Positions 48,962-58,823 of a stretch of DNA of 64,000 nucleotides are shown here, one piece after another; position 1 is the first letter of the stretch, and each line of letters opens with the position of its first letter. The notes under the pieces were generated by a model. That model was given only the letters and a program-made list of their open reading frames with translations. It was not told the DNA's origin and ran no database searches. Location: positions 32,001-96,000 of the forward strand of contig JBFGLM010000005.1 of the NCBI GenBank assembly GCA_041576165.1, in the 5' to 3' direction. The position numbers were made by a program, and so were the translations under genes. The stretch comes from Acidimicrobiia bacterium (GTDB taxonomy: Bacteria; Actinomycetota; Acidimicrobiia; Spongiisociales; Spongiisociaceae).

Positions 48962-49966
48962 TCAGGGGACCGTCCACGTACCCTGCGAGCTGAGGAGTTT
49001 CGCCAGGTCGCCCCGCCCCTTGGCCTCCCGTGCATCAACCAGCTGGCGGACGACCGCGTCGTCGTAGGCCGGGCGCTCGACGTTGCGGAAGATGCCGAGG
49101 GGAGTCGGTCCGTACGGCCCGTGTGCCAGTCGGCTGAGCGCGAACGCTTGACTCGGGTCCGGGTGGGTTTCGTCATGCACCACGATCGCGGACGGATCAA
49201 CTGTGGCGGTCAGCACGACCTTGGCGCTGGCGCCTTCCATCACGACCGCCTTCTCCTTGTCGGGGCCAAACACCACCGGCTGGCCGTGCACCAGATCGAT
49301 CCGGTTGTGAGTGCGCTCCTGCTTGCCCGTCAGCTCGATGAACGCTTTGTCGTTGAAGACATTGCAGTTCTGATAGATCTCAATGAACGCTGAGCCTTGG
49401 TGGGCGTGGGCTTTGCGCAGAATGTCGATCGTGTGGTTGCGGTCCATGTCCAACGTGCGGGCCACAAAACTGGCCTCGGCCCCCAGCGCCAGACTGATCG
49501 GGTTGAACGGATGATCCACCGAGCCCATCGGAGACGACTTCGTCAGCTTGCCCACCTCCGAGGTGGGGGAGTACTGGCCCTTCGTAAGGCCGTAGATCTG
49601 GTTGTTGAACAACAGGATCTTGATGTTCACGTTCCGCCGCAGGGCGTGGATCAAGTGATTGCCGCCGATCGAGAGCATGTCCCCGTCTCCACCCACGACC
49701 CACACACTGAGGTCGGGGTTGGCGACGGCGACGCCACTCGCAATAGCCGGGGCCCGCCCGTGGATCGAGTGCATCCCGTACGTGTTCATGTAGTACGGGA
49801 ACCGGGCGGCACACCCAATGCCCGACACGAAAACGATGTTCTCGCGGGGGACCCCCATCTCGGCCATGAATGTCTGGACCGACGCCAGGATGGTGTAATC
49901 ACCGCACCCGGGGCACCAGCGCACCTCTTGATCGGTCTGAAAGTCTGTCCGGGTATAGGTCGTCAT
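48962..49966 (-). CDS. korB: 2-oxoacid:ferredoxin oxidoreductase beta subunit
   Basis: WCPGCGD, SGIGC, HSIHGRA, GDGD, NNQIYGLTKGQYSPT. Confidence 0.93.
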   Translation of the reverse strand: MTTYTRTDFQTDQEVRWCPGCGDYTILASVQTFMAEMGVPRENIVFVSGIGCAARFPYYMNTYGMHSIHGRAPAIASGVAVANPDLSVWVVGGDGDMLSIGGNHLIHALRRNVNIKILLFNNQIYGLTKGQYSPTSEVGKLTKSSPMGSVDHPFNPISLALGAEASFVARTLDMDRNHTIDILRKAHAHQGSAFIEIYQNCNVFNDKAFIELTGKQERTHNRIDLVHGQPVVFGPDKEKAVVMEGASAKVVLTATVDPSAIVVHDETHPDPSQAFALSRLAHGPYGPTPLGIFRNVERPAYDDAVVRQLVDAREAKGRGDLAKLLSSQGTWTVP

Positions 49967-51846
49967 GACTCAAGCATCTCCGCGATCTTGCGCTCGATTT
50001 CGGCCGCCCGAAACACAATCCCCTCAACCTTGTTGAAGGAAATGGCCGGAACGAGGAACTCCGCCCGTAGGAGCCGGGAGAGGTGTCCGCTGTTCAGCTC
50101 GGGGATCAGCACCTTGTCGTAGCTGCTCAGGATGGTGGCCAGATTGTTCGGGAAGGGATTCAGATGCCGGAGGTGGGCTTGGGCCACCGTCAGCCCGTGG
50201 CGGCGAGCGTTCCGCACACCCGCAGTGACTGCCCCATAGGTCGAGCCCCATGAGAGGACCAGCAGGTCGGCGCCCTGGGGATCCTCTACTTCGAGGTCGG
50301 GGATGTCGTTGGCGATGTTGGCGATCTTCCAGGCGCGGATGTCGGTCATCAGCTGATGGTTGGCAGGGTCGTAGGACACGTCACCGCTGACTTCTTCCTT
50401 CTCGATGCCGCCGAGCCGGTGCTCGAGACCCGGAGTCCCCGGAACCGCCCACTGCCGGGCCATGGTGTGGGCATCCCGGTAGTAGGGCAGGAAGCGGTCG
50501 TCCACATTGGGACGGGTTGCGAATCGGATCGAGATGTCGGGCAGCGAATCGACATCGGGGAGGCGCCATGGCTCGGACCCGGTGGCGATGTAACCATCGG
50601 AGAGGATGAGCACCGGCGTCATGTACTTCAGTGCGATCCGCGCCGCTTCGATGGTTGTATCGAATGCATCGGCCGCGCTGGCGATTGCCAGCACCGGCAG
50701 CGGGGCTTCGCCGTGGCGTCCGTACATCGCCATCATCAGGTCTGATTGCTCGGGCTTGGTCGGCATACCTGTGGATGGACCCGCCCGCTGCACGTCGACG
50801 ACGATCATCGGCAGCTCTGCGACAACCGCCAGCGAGATGGTCTCACTCTTCAAGGCCACGCCGGGACCGCTGGTCCCGGTGACGGCCAGATGGCCGGTGA
50901 AGGCGGCGCCGAGCGCCGCGCCGACTGCGGCGATCTCGTCCTCGGCTTGGAAGGTCTTGACACCGAAGTTCTTGTGGCGAGACAACTCGTGCAGGATGTC
51001 CGAGGCCGGGGTGATCGGGTAGCTCCCGTAGAAGAGCGGCAGGCTGGACAGCTCGGCCGCCGCGATCAGGCCCCACGAGAGTGCCACGTTGCCGTTGACG
51101 TTCGTATAGGTGCCGGAGGGCAACTTGGCCGGCTTGACCTCGAACGTCCGCTGAAATGCTTCAGTGGTGAGCCCGAAGTTGTAGCCGGCCTTGAGCGCAT
51201 TGATATTGGCCGTGGCTACCTCCGGCTGCCGGGCCCGGAATTTTTCGTTGACCCAGTTCTCGGTGACGGTGGTGGGGCGCCCGAACAACCACAGGACCAA
51301 GCCCAGGGCCAGGAAGTTCTTGGACCGGAGGACGGCGCGGCCGGTGACACCGGAATCCTTGACCGCCTCCTTGGTCAGGGTCTCCATCGGGACCTGATAG
51401 ACCTCCCAATCCGAGAGGCTGGTGTCTTCCAAGGGGTTCTTGTCGTAGCCCGCCTTCGCGAGATTGCGCTCGTCGAATGCCTCGTGGTTGACGATGAGGA
51501 TGCCGCCCGAGCGCAGGTCTCCTAGGTTGGACTTCAGAGCCGCTGGGTTCATCGCAACCAGGACGTCGGGTTGATCGCCAGGGGTGAGGATGTCCCAATC
51601 CGCGATCTGGACCTGAAATGACGAAACTCCCGGTAGCGTGCCCTGTGGAGCGCGAATCTCGGCCGGGAAATTGGGCAGCGTGGCGAGATCGTTACCAAAC
51701 GCAGCGGAGGCGTCGGTGAATCGATTTCCAGCCAGCTGCATGCCGTCGCCGGAGTCGCCGGCGAAGCGGATGACGACCCGGTCGATCGGTTGGACGGCGA
51801 TAGCCGTCTCAGCGTCGGATTCGACGGTTGCAGTGTCGTCAGACAC
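49963..51846 (-). CDS. korA: 2-oxoacid:ferredoxin oxidoreductase alpha subunit
   Basis: FAGDSGDGMQL, PAEIRAP, YPITPAS, QAEDEIAA, DVQRAGPSTG. Confidence 0.93.
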   Translation of the reverse strand: MSDDTATVESDAETAIAVQPIDRVVIRFAGDSGDGMQLAGNRFTDASAAFGNDLATLPNFPAEIRAPQGTLPGVSSFQVQIADWDILTPGDQPDVLVAMNPAALKSNLGDLRSGGILIVNHEAFDERNLAKAGYDKNPLEDTSLSDWEVYQVPMETLTKEAVKDSGVTGRAVLRSKNFLALGLVLWLFGRPTTVTENWVNEKFRARQPEVATANINALKAGYNFGLTTEAFQRTFEVKPAKLPSGTYTNVNGNVALSWGLIAAAELSSLPLFYGSYPITPASDILHELSRHKNFGVKTFQAEDEIAAVGAALGAAFTGHLAVTGTSGPGVALKSETISLAVVAELPMIVVDVQRAGPSTGMPTKPEQSDLMMAMYGRHGEAPLPVLAIASAADAFDTTIEAARIALKYMTPVLILSDGYIATGSEPWRLPDVDSLPDISIRFATRPNVDDRFLPYYRDAHTMARQWAVPGTPGLEHRLGGIEKEEVSGDVSYDPANHQLMTDIRAWKIANIANDIPDLEVEDPQGADLLVLSWGSTYGAVTAGVRNARRHGLTVAQAHLRHLNPFPNNLATILSSYDKVLIPELNSGHLSRLLRAEFLVPAISFNKVEGIVFRAAEIERKIAEMLES

Positions 51847-52346
51847 AGAGAATCACTTCCTTCTGAGCCGGTTGTCGTGCTTCAACCGCCCGGCTCGGTG
51901 TTTCATCCTCGGGGACATCGTCCGTCCAGCTTCCCACCAGTGCGAACCTTCCCGCAGAAGAGTCCATTCCGCCGCGGCCTGATCTGCCACTCCCGGCTAC
52001 GCCCGTCACGAACCGGCGATGATGCGACCAAATCCGGCGCTGGTCTTTGTGCAGGATTGCTCTAGTCCGATTGTCCGATATTTGCTTTTCTTTGTCGAGT
52101 ATTCCGCGGCGTACACACATCCAGATCATGAGACGGGTGCCGGCCTCGGAATCCGCTTCTCAGGGTGCCTCAAAATGTTGCACGCCGTCCGTAGACGGCG
52201 TGCAACATTGTAACTCTGCCATCACCTACACAGCGATCATGAGCGAGCGGGAACCCTCCGGTTGGGAACGCTTGGTTCCTGGGGTTGCGAACCAACTCGA
52301 TACGACGTCAACGTGGCGCGACCGCTTGCGGATGCGCCGCTCCGTC

Positions 52347-52817
52347 TCAGACCTCAGCCCCCTCCATGGAACCGGTGAGCTTTGCCAGGTTCAGGTCGTA
52401 CAACAGGCAGGCGATTTCTCGGTCACCGGCGTCCCAGCTGTCGATCGTTGGCGACAGGTACGAGATGTCGAGGCTGGACGACTCGTACGTAGTACCGACG
52501 TACGACTCGAAGGCCGGCAGGCAGTTCTCGAACGCGGCGTCATCGATTGCCGTGTCACCCGGGAAATCCCCGTCGGGCAGATCGAACGTGTGGTAGATCT
52601 CGTTGTCGTGCGGCTGCGCGCACGGCACCGCATCGACATTTGCGATTTCGCCGAACTCCGTCGGGTCATCGAAGCAATCACCGACCTGAAGGGCGAAGAC
52701 GTCCTCGCTGCCGGCCTCGATGATGGCACCGGCGTCATCGCGCTGGGCGCCGCCGCAGGCAGCGAGCGCGAGAAGACAGACAATGAAGATCGAGCGTAGG
52801 CGGACAGAAGTAGGCAT
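52347..52817 (-). CDS. Septum_form-family lipoprotein
   Basis: Lipobox LAAC; LQVGDCF, VPCAQPHDNE, PTIDSWDAGDREIAC. Confidence 0.88.
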   Translation of the reverse strand: MPTSVRLRSIFIVCLLALAACGGAQRDDAGAIIEAGSEDVFALQVGDCFDDPTEFGEIANVDAVPCAQPHDNEIYHTFDLPDGDFPGDTAIDDAAFENCLPAFESYVGTTYESSSLDISYLSPTIDSWDAGDREIACLLYDLNLAKLTGSMEGAEV

Positions 52818-52873
52818 GCGTACAAATATCGGAAGTCCCCAGCTGGGCCTGAACGATTTCGGGCGGCCGGCCA

Positions 52874-54277
52874 TCATGGCGATGGGCGCTCGTATCCGAT
52901 GAGATCGGTGGCCTCCAAATGGCGACCCAGAGCCAGCAACCTTCGCTCCGACCACCATGGCCCAATGAACTGGATCGAGTGAGGTGGGGCACCGCTATCT
53001 CGCAGCGGAACTGTCAGCGCCGGGCACCACATCTGATTGACAGTTGCAGTGAAATAGGCGAGGACGTGGCGATGATTCTGTGCAACACCGTTCACGTCGA
53101 TGGTGTCCCGGCCGATGACCTTGCGGGGGTGTCCGACTGTGGGGGTGGCGAGCACGTCGACCGACCGAAAGACCCGCCGGGCGGCCCCGACCAAGCCCGC
53201 CTGCCAGCGTCTCGCGTCGATGAGTTCGTCCAGCGTGACCTCCATGGCGGCGGCCAGCCTGGCCCCGATTTCTGGGCCGTACCGCTTGTCGGGGTCGGTG
53301 AACCAACTGCGGTGGTAGGCGGCTGCCTCCGCCGCAGACAGCGTCCAGCCCAGGCGGTCGGGCGCCAGCGTGGGTGCAGCAAGCTCCCCTATGTCGGCGT
53401 CCAGGTCGGACAGGCGGTCGAGTGCCTGTTGGAAGGCGTCGCGGGCCTCCCGTGTGGCCGGCGCCTCGTCCAGCCATTGGGTGGGCAGCCCGACCCGGAG
53501 CCCGGCCAACGCGATATCTTCTGGGCTGTCCTCGACCGCCGCCGACCACGGATCTTGCGGATCATCCCCGGCCATCACCTCGAAGGCCAGCTGGGCGCCG
53601 TCGACCGATGAGGCTATGGGCCCCACGGTGTCCAGCGATTCGGCCAGTGGCACGACGCCGGAAATCGGGATCCGCCCGTGTGTCACCTTCAAGCCCACGG
53701 CGCCGCACAGTGCGGCCGGCACTCGCACCGACCCTCCGGTGTCGGTGCCGATGGCGAGAGGGACGATGCCGGATCCCACTGCGGCCCCCGAACCGCCGGA
53801 CGAACCACCAGGCGACAGGCTCGGGTCGTAAGGGTTTCTCACGGGCCCGAACCAGTCGTTTTCAGAGTTGAACCCGTACGCAAACTCGTGCAGTCCGGTC
53901 CGGCCGATGACGATCGCTCCGGCCGACTCCATCCGCTCCAACACGGGCGCGGATCGCTCTGCGGTATGGCGATAGAAGCTGGAGCCGGCCGTCGTAACGT
54001 GGCCGGCGTGGTGGATCAGATCCTTGACTGCGATTGGCACTCCTGCCAACGGTCCGAGTGCTGTGCCATCGCCCACCTGCTGGTCGATTCTTCGAGCTCG
54101 CTCCAGAGCCTCGGTGTGGTGGACGTCGGTGAAGGCGTTGAGCTGGTCGGCCTCGGCCGCCGCAAGCGCGGCCTGAGTGACTTCGATGGCTGATTGTGAT
54201 CGGGATCGGACTGCGGCGGAGAGCTGACCGACGGTTACCACGACACGTTGCGACTGCTCGGGAATACGTTGATCCAC
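52874..54277 (-). CDS. Amidase signature family protein
   Basis: GVPIAVKD, GGSSGGSGAAV, GTDTGGSVRVPAALCG. Confidence 0.93.
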   Translation of the reverse strand: MDQRIPEQSQRVVVTVGQLSAAVRSRSQSAIEVTQAALAAAEADQLNAFTDVHHTEALERARRIDQQVGDGTALGPLAGVPIAVKDLIHHAGHVTTAGSSFYRHTAERSAPVLERMESAGAIVIGRTGLHEFAYGFNSENDWFGPVRNPYDPSLSPGGSSGGSGAAVGSGIVPLAIGTDTGGSVRVPAALCGAVGLKVTHGRIPISGVVPLAESLDTVGPIASSVDGAQLAFEVMAGDDPQDPWSAAVEDSPEDIALAGLRVGLPTQWLDEAPATREARDAFQQALDRLSDLDADIGELAAPTLAPDRLGWTLSAAEAAAYHRSWFTDPDKRYGPEIGARLAAAMEVTLDELIDARRWQAGLVGAARRVFRSVDVLATPTVGHPRKVIGRDTIDVNGVAQNHRHVLAYFTATVNQMWCPALTVPLRDSGAPPHSIQFIGPWWSERRLLALGRHLEATDLIGYERPSP

Positions 54278-55326
54278 GGCTTGCCCGGCGGCACGGCGAT
54301 GTCGTTGCCGCGCTCATCGGTCAGAGCGAAAACCTCCGTGATCTCATCCCTTTCCCAGCTGCCCTCCATCACGCGACCCTCGGCGAAAACCAGAGCCCGG
54401 CCGCTGCCGGTCGTGTCGAACGCCGGAACCGCCGAGCCGGACCGCCCTGAGGCCGTGTAGCGGTCGGCAAACAGAACGATGAGCGTGTCCGCAGTTATCT
54501 GCTCGACCGTCTCGCCGTCCTCGGTGCGCCAGTTGTGGGGCTCGGACCCGGCGAAGCGGAGGTACTTCTCCCCATCCCATTTCCAGGTCACGCTCATCGT
54601 GCCCGACCAGTTGAAGAAGATGTCTTCGGCGGCGTTCGTTGCGGGGGCGGCAAACTCGCCGAACGTCCACATTGGGGGCGGAGGCGCTTGGTCCAGCTCA
54701 CGCCGCTCCATCACTCCTCGGAGCTCCAGCGTGTTCGTATACAGGTTGTGGGGGGCCCGGCGGAACCCCCGACGGAACGTGATCGGGGACCCGAGATCAC
54801 CGATCAGCGGGACGTCGCTGCCCACGATGACGCTCTGGACCCACGGCTGGGCCCCGGAGATAGTCAGCACCCCATTCAGGGGCCGCACCAGAGTGGGATC
54901 GGTCGGCCGTCCTGAGCGCATCGGGCCGAGGAATTCGGCATCGGAGTGATGGAAGATCGAGATGAACCTCGTCAATCCCGCCTCGACCAGCAGCTCGTAC
55001 ACGGCGTCGGCCTGTTCGATCCCCGACTGGGGACGGGCGTTCCAGTGGTTGTCGATCTTGACGGCCACCACTCGCCGCTCCAGATTGGCCGCCAGCTCCT
55101 CATCCTCAATGGGCAGGCCGTTGATGGGCGAGGTGGGCGCCGCTGGTTCGGTGGTGGTAGTCGTGGGTTGGGTGGTGGTCGTCGGGGCCCCGGTAGTGGT
55201 TGTGGTGGCCACTGTTGTGGTCGTCGACGAGGTTGTGGTGGTCTCTTGAGCGACGTCGCCGGAGCCGCTGCACGCCGTCACGACGAGCGCCAGCAACGTG
55301 AAAGCAGTGAAGAATATGCGTGGCAC
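54235..55326 (-). CDS. DUF3048 (YerB-like) lipoprotein
   Basis: Lipobox VTAC, Thr-rich linker, VKIDN..ARPQSG..ADAVYE..EAGLTRF, GPMRSGR, APHNLY. Confidence 0.9.
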   Translation of the reverse strand: MPRIFFTAFTLLALVVTACSGSGDVAQETTTTSSTTTTVATTTTTGAPTTTTQPTTTTTEPAAPTSPINGLPIEDEELAANLERRVVAVKIDNHWNARPQSGIEQADAVYELLVEAGLTRFISIFHHSDAEFLGPMRSGRPTDPTLVRPLNGVLTISGAQPWVQSVIVGSDVPLIGDLGSPITFRRGFRRAPHNLYTNTLELRGVMERRELDQAPPPPMWTFGEFAAPATNAAEDIFFNWSGTMSVTWKWDGEKYLRFAGSEPHNWRTEDGETVEQITADTLIVLFADRYTASGRSGSAVPAFDTTGSGRALVFAEGRVMEGSWERDEITEVFALTDERGNDIAVPPGKPWINVFPSSRNVSW

Positions 55327-55390
55327 GGCCGGCGAGTGTACCGAGCATGCTGCGTTAGCCGGAAAACGGAAATGCCCCGGGCGGGCGAAC

Positions 55391-55783
55391 TCAGGCGAGC
55401 GTCTTGTCCGACAGCACCCGCTGCGCCTCGTCCATCCGGTCAACCGCCAGGGCGAAGACTTGGTCCTCGTTCGTCGTGTGAAGCAAGTACATGGCGTCTA
55501 TATTCACCCGGCACTTGGCCAGCTCGTTGGTGAGGTCGGCCAGGCCGCCAGGTTTGTTCGGCACTGTCGTTATCAGCACGTCCCGTTCTTCGAACCCGAC
55601 CCCGGCGTCCCGCAACGTGGCCCGGGTGGCGGCCGCATCATCGGCGACGATGCGGACAAACCCCTCCTCATCCACACCAAACGCGGCCATGGCGTCGATG
55701 TTTACACCCGCCCGAGCGATCAGGGTGGCCAGCGCAGCCAGCATGCCCGGTCGGTTCGACAGCCAAACCGTGAATTCCGTCAT
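55391..55783 (-). CDS. Tandem ACT domain protein
   Basis: NRPGMLA..GVNID and NKPGGLA..RVNID. Confidence 0.88.
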   Translation of the reverse strand: MTEFTVWLSNRPGMLAALATLIARAGVNIDAMAAFGVDEEGFVRIVADDAAATRATLRDAGVGFEERDVLITTVPNKPGGLADLTNELAKCRVNIDAMYLLHTTNEDQVFALAVDRMDEAQRVLSDKTLA

Positions 55784-56076
55784 GACCCGAGCCTAGGCGT
55801 TCCGACCGGCGTTTTGCAGGGGGAGATTGACCACACCGGCCGGGCCCGTCGGCCTCTAGACATGGCGACCGCTCAGATCGCAGGGCAGTCCCGAGCGATC
55901 TGGCCGTCACAACATTCCGCTTGATTGAGGCCGAACATGGGACAGTCCGAACGTAAGCAGGCCCCATGGCCGTGGAGATACTCCAGTGGCCGGCGACACC
56001 AGGCGCAGAGCATGTCCGGGAGTCAACCAGAAGCCGGCCCCGGGAGCGACCATTTCCGCCCGTGGGGGAAGCACGG

Positions 56077-56547
56077 TCACTTGATCGGTCCCATGGTGCC
56101 GAGCGGCCAGTACCGAAACGCCACCCGCCCCTCGACCAGGCCGACGGGAATCGGCCCGAGCAGGCGGCTGTCCCCAGCAGAGACGTACCGGTTGTCTCCC
56201 ACGACGAAAATGGTTCCGGGAGGCACGGTCCAGCTACCGGCGCCGGGTGTCGGCGCGCCGTCGACCGCCGCCCCGTTTCGGGTCAGTCGGCCGTCCTGGA
56301 CGCTGATTTCGTCGCCGGGCAATCCAACGACTCGTTTGACGAGCCAGAAGCCCTGCTCCACCGGGTGTTCGAAGATCACCACATCGCCGACGCCGAGTGC
56401 CGCACTGCGCCGAGATGCCAGGACGTAGTCGCCCGGTGCCAGGCTCGGCTGCATCGACCGTTCGCTGACTTCGAAGCGGTGGTAGGTAGAGGCCCAGCGA
56501 GCCGCCGCCCAGCCAGCCAGGATCGCAAGGAGAAGTCGAAGGCGCAT
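56077..56547 (-). CDS. sodX: Ni-SOD maturation peptidase (S26 family)
   Basis: SMQPSL.PGD, LVKRV, GDN..SAGDSR..GPI; divergent from sodN. Confidence 0.8.
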   Translation of the reverse strand: MRLRLLLAILAGWAAARWASTYHRFEVSERSMQPSLAPGDYVLASRRSAALGVGDVVIFEHPVEQGFWLVKRVVGLPGDEISVQDGRLTRNGAAVDGAPTPGAGSWTVPPGTIFVVGDNRYVSAGDSRLLGPIPVGLVEGRVAFRYWPLGTMGPIK

Positions 56548-56646
56548 CGGGGGGCTGGGTTGTCCTATGTCGGGCCGGGACCGATCGGCGTCGGCTCTGA
56601 TGACGGCAGTGTATCGTCTGGGAGCCCACGTCTTTCGGAGGTGACC

Positions 56647-57063
56647 ATGGGACTCTTCAAACCGGCCCGCACGGCCCACGCACACTGTGACCTCTTTTGC
56701 GGTGTGTACGACCCCGCCCAGGCCCGCATCGAGGCCGAGTCGGTCCTCAAGGCGGCCGAGAAGTACCATGCCAGCGATGACGATGTCTTCCGGGCACGGG
56801 CGATCGCCATCAAGGAATCCCAGGCTGAGCTCGTGAAGCACCATCTCTCGGTGCTCTGGACCGACTTCTTCAAGCCTCACCACCTCGAACAATTTCCCCA
56901 ACTGCATGACATGTTCTGGCAGGCGATCAAGGCGGCGGGTGACGCCAAGAAGTCGATGGATCCGGCGGATTCGCAGGACCTGATCGACAAGATCGAGGCG
57001 ATCGCCGACGTCTTCTGGCAGACCGACGAGTCGAAGACTGTGGGGCTGTATCCGCCCAGCTGA
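56647..57063 (+). CDS. sodN: Nickel superoxide dismutase precursor
   Basis: AHA|HCDLFCGVYDPAQARIEA, KHHLSVLWTDFFK. Confidence 0.95.
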   Translation: MGLFKPARTAHAHCDLFCGVYDPAQARIEAESVLKAAEKYHASDDDVFRARAIAIKESQAELVKHHLSVLWTDFFKPHHLEQFPQLHDMFWQAIKAAGDAKKSMDPADSQDLIDKIEAIADVFWQTDESKTVGLYPPS

Positions 57064-57080
57064 TCTGCGCTGGCCGCGCG

Positions 57081-57110
57081 GTGACGGCCGCCCTCGGGGG
57101 TGGCCGTCAC
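57081..57110. terminator. Hairpin between convergent sodN and ABC permease genes
   Basis: 13-bp stem GTGACGGCCGCCC/GGGTGGCCGTCAC (one G-T pair), loop TCGG. Confidence 0.7.
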
Positions 57111-57126
57111 GCGTCGGGCAGGCGGG

Positions 57127-57882
57127 TCATTCGCGGGCCAGGTCCAAGGTCCGCAGTACCCAAGTGGTCAACGCCACGGACAGGGTGAACAGGACCGCCA
57201 CTTTGGCCACAGCTCCGCCAACGCCGGGTACGACGTTGCCTAACAGCTCGTCGAGCACTTCGCGCCCGTCCGCGGTGAGACGGCCGACATCGCCGAAAGC
57301 CGAGAGGGCGGTCCGGAACACCGAAAAGGTGGAGACGCCCTGCACGAAAGAGCCGAGGATCGATTCCCAGACGAACACGAAAGCCAGGCCGACCAACGTC
57401 GGCCGACCTATCAGCAGCCCGAGGGGGACGAACACCGCGGCGTAGCCGATCGCCGAGATGACCAACGCAACGGTGGGGGTCAATCCGACCGTGGCATCAC
57501 CGAGCGCCACGGCCGCCACGATCCAGCCGGCGCCGATTCCGATTCCTCCGACTACCAGTGTCGCCACTATCGCAGTCACGGTCACCGACGAGGCGATGAC
57601 CCAGCGCGATACCGGCTTGACGATCAGAAACGGCAGGGTCTGGTTCCTTCGTTCTTCGCCGAACCCGGCACTGGCCAGCACCAGCGCGGTCACCGGCAGT
57701 GCGATAACCATCAGCACCGTCACGTTGAGTGCGGTGTAGATGGACCTGATGTCTTCTCGTGAATTGCCGAACGTCACGAAGAACAGGACACCGGCCGGCA
57801 TCGATGTGAGCAGCGACAGGCCGATGAGGCGTCGCACCCGCAGGAGCCGGGCCAGCACGTTTTGGACGATTGCCAGGTTCAT
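57127..57882 (-). CDS. ABC-2 type exporter permease
   Basis: Multiple TM segments; FGEERRNQTLPFLIVKPVSR. Confidence 0.88.
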   Translation of the reverse strand: MNLAIVQNVLARLLRVRRLIGLSLLTSMPAGVLFFVTFGNSREDIRSIYTALNVTVLMVIALPVTALVLASAGFGEERRNQTLPFLIVKPVSRWVIASSVTVTAIVATLVVGGIGIGAGWIVAAVALGDATVGLTPTVALVISAIGYAAVFVPLGLLIGRPTLVGLAFVFVWESILGSFVQGVSTFSVFRTALSAFGDVGRLTADGREVLDELLGNVVPGVGGAVAKVAVLFTLSVALTTWVLRTLDLARE

Positions 57883-58823
57883 CGCCCATCCACCAGGTAT
57901 CGGAACACCGATTCCAGCGACTCGTCCTCCGGCTCGACCTTGATGATCCGCACCGCGGCGTCCCGGGCGGCGCCGGGCAGCATTTGTGCGAACGCCACAG
58001 GTTCGGCCGACTGCACGTGGAGCATCCCGTCTTCGATTTGGATGCCGGTCACGTATGCAGCTGGAAGCAGGACCTGCGCCAGACGGCGCGGGTCGGACGC
58101 ATCGATCCGGATCCGGCGCGGGATATGCGACAAGGAATCACGCAATGCCGAGACCGTGCCGGCGGCCGCGAGGCGGCCATCAACCATGGCGATCACCCGA
58201 TCGGCCATTCGCTCGACTTCGGCCAGGACGTGTGAGGAGACGACGACCGTGCGACCCTGCTGCCCCAGGGTCCGGAACACGTTGATCAGCTGCGCCCGCT
58301 GGGCCGGGTCGGTGCCGTTCAGCGGCTCATCCAAGAAGAGCACGTCGGGATCGTGGACGAGGGCAGAGGCAACCTTGGCGCGTTGACGCATCCCTTTCGA
58401 ATACGTCGCCAGCTTTCGGTCGGCGTCGTCGGACAAACCGACGGTGCGCAGGGCGCGAGCGGCCGCAACCGCAGGCTCCGGAGTTCTCGTCAGCTCTGCG
58501 CTCCAGCGGATGAAGCCGCGGGCCGACAGGTGTTCGTATACCGCCTCGTCCTCCGGAACCAGCCCCACGCGGCGGTAGATCTCCGGATGGGCTCTGGGAT
58601 TACCACCATGTATCGCCACGGACCCGGCGGAGGGAACCAGTATCCCGGTCATGAGGCGCAGTAACGTCGTTTTGCCGGCCCCGTTCGGGCCGAGCCATCC
58701 GGTTACCCCCGGGCCGAAGGAGCAGGCAATGTCGGATACGGCCACCTTCTGGCCGAACCACTTGCTGACGTTGTCCAGCTCGACGGTCGGCTCCGCCACG
58801 AACAAGGCTGCCGGGCCCGTCAC
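57879..58823 (-). CDS. ABC transporter ATP-binding protein
   Basis: GPNGAGKT, YSKGMRQR, FLDEPLNG, SSH. Confidence 0.92.
   Translation of the reverse strand: MTGPAALFVAEPTVELDNVSKWFGQKVAVSDIACSFGPGVTGWLGPNGAGKTTLLRLMTGILVPSAGSVAIHGGNPRAHPEIYRRVGLVPEDEAVYEHLSARGFIRWSAELTRTPEPAVAAARALRTVGLSDDADRKLATYSKGMRQRAKVASALVHDPDVLFLDEPLNGTDPAQRAQLINVFRTLGQQGRTVVVSSHVLAEVERMADRVIAMVDGRLAAAGTVSALRDSLSHIPRRIRIDASDPRRLAQVLLPAAYVTGIQIEDGMLHVQSAEPVAFAQMLPGAARDAAVRIIKVEPEDESLESVFRYLVDGR

Noticed and set aside
52874-54277. gatA assignment for the amidase
   Set aside because: No adjacent gatB/gatC; only the generic amidase signature is supported
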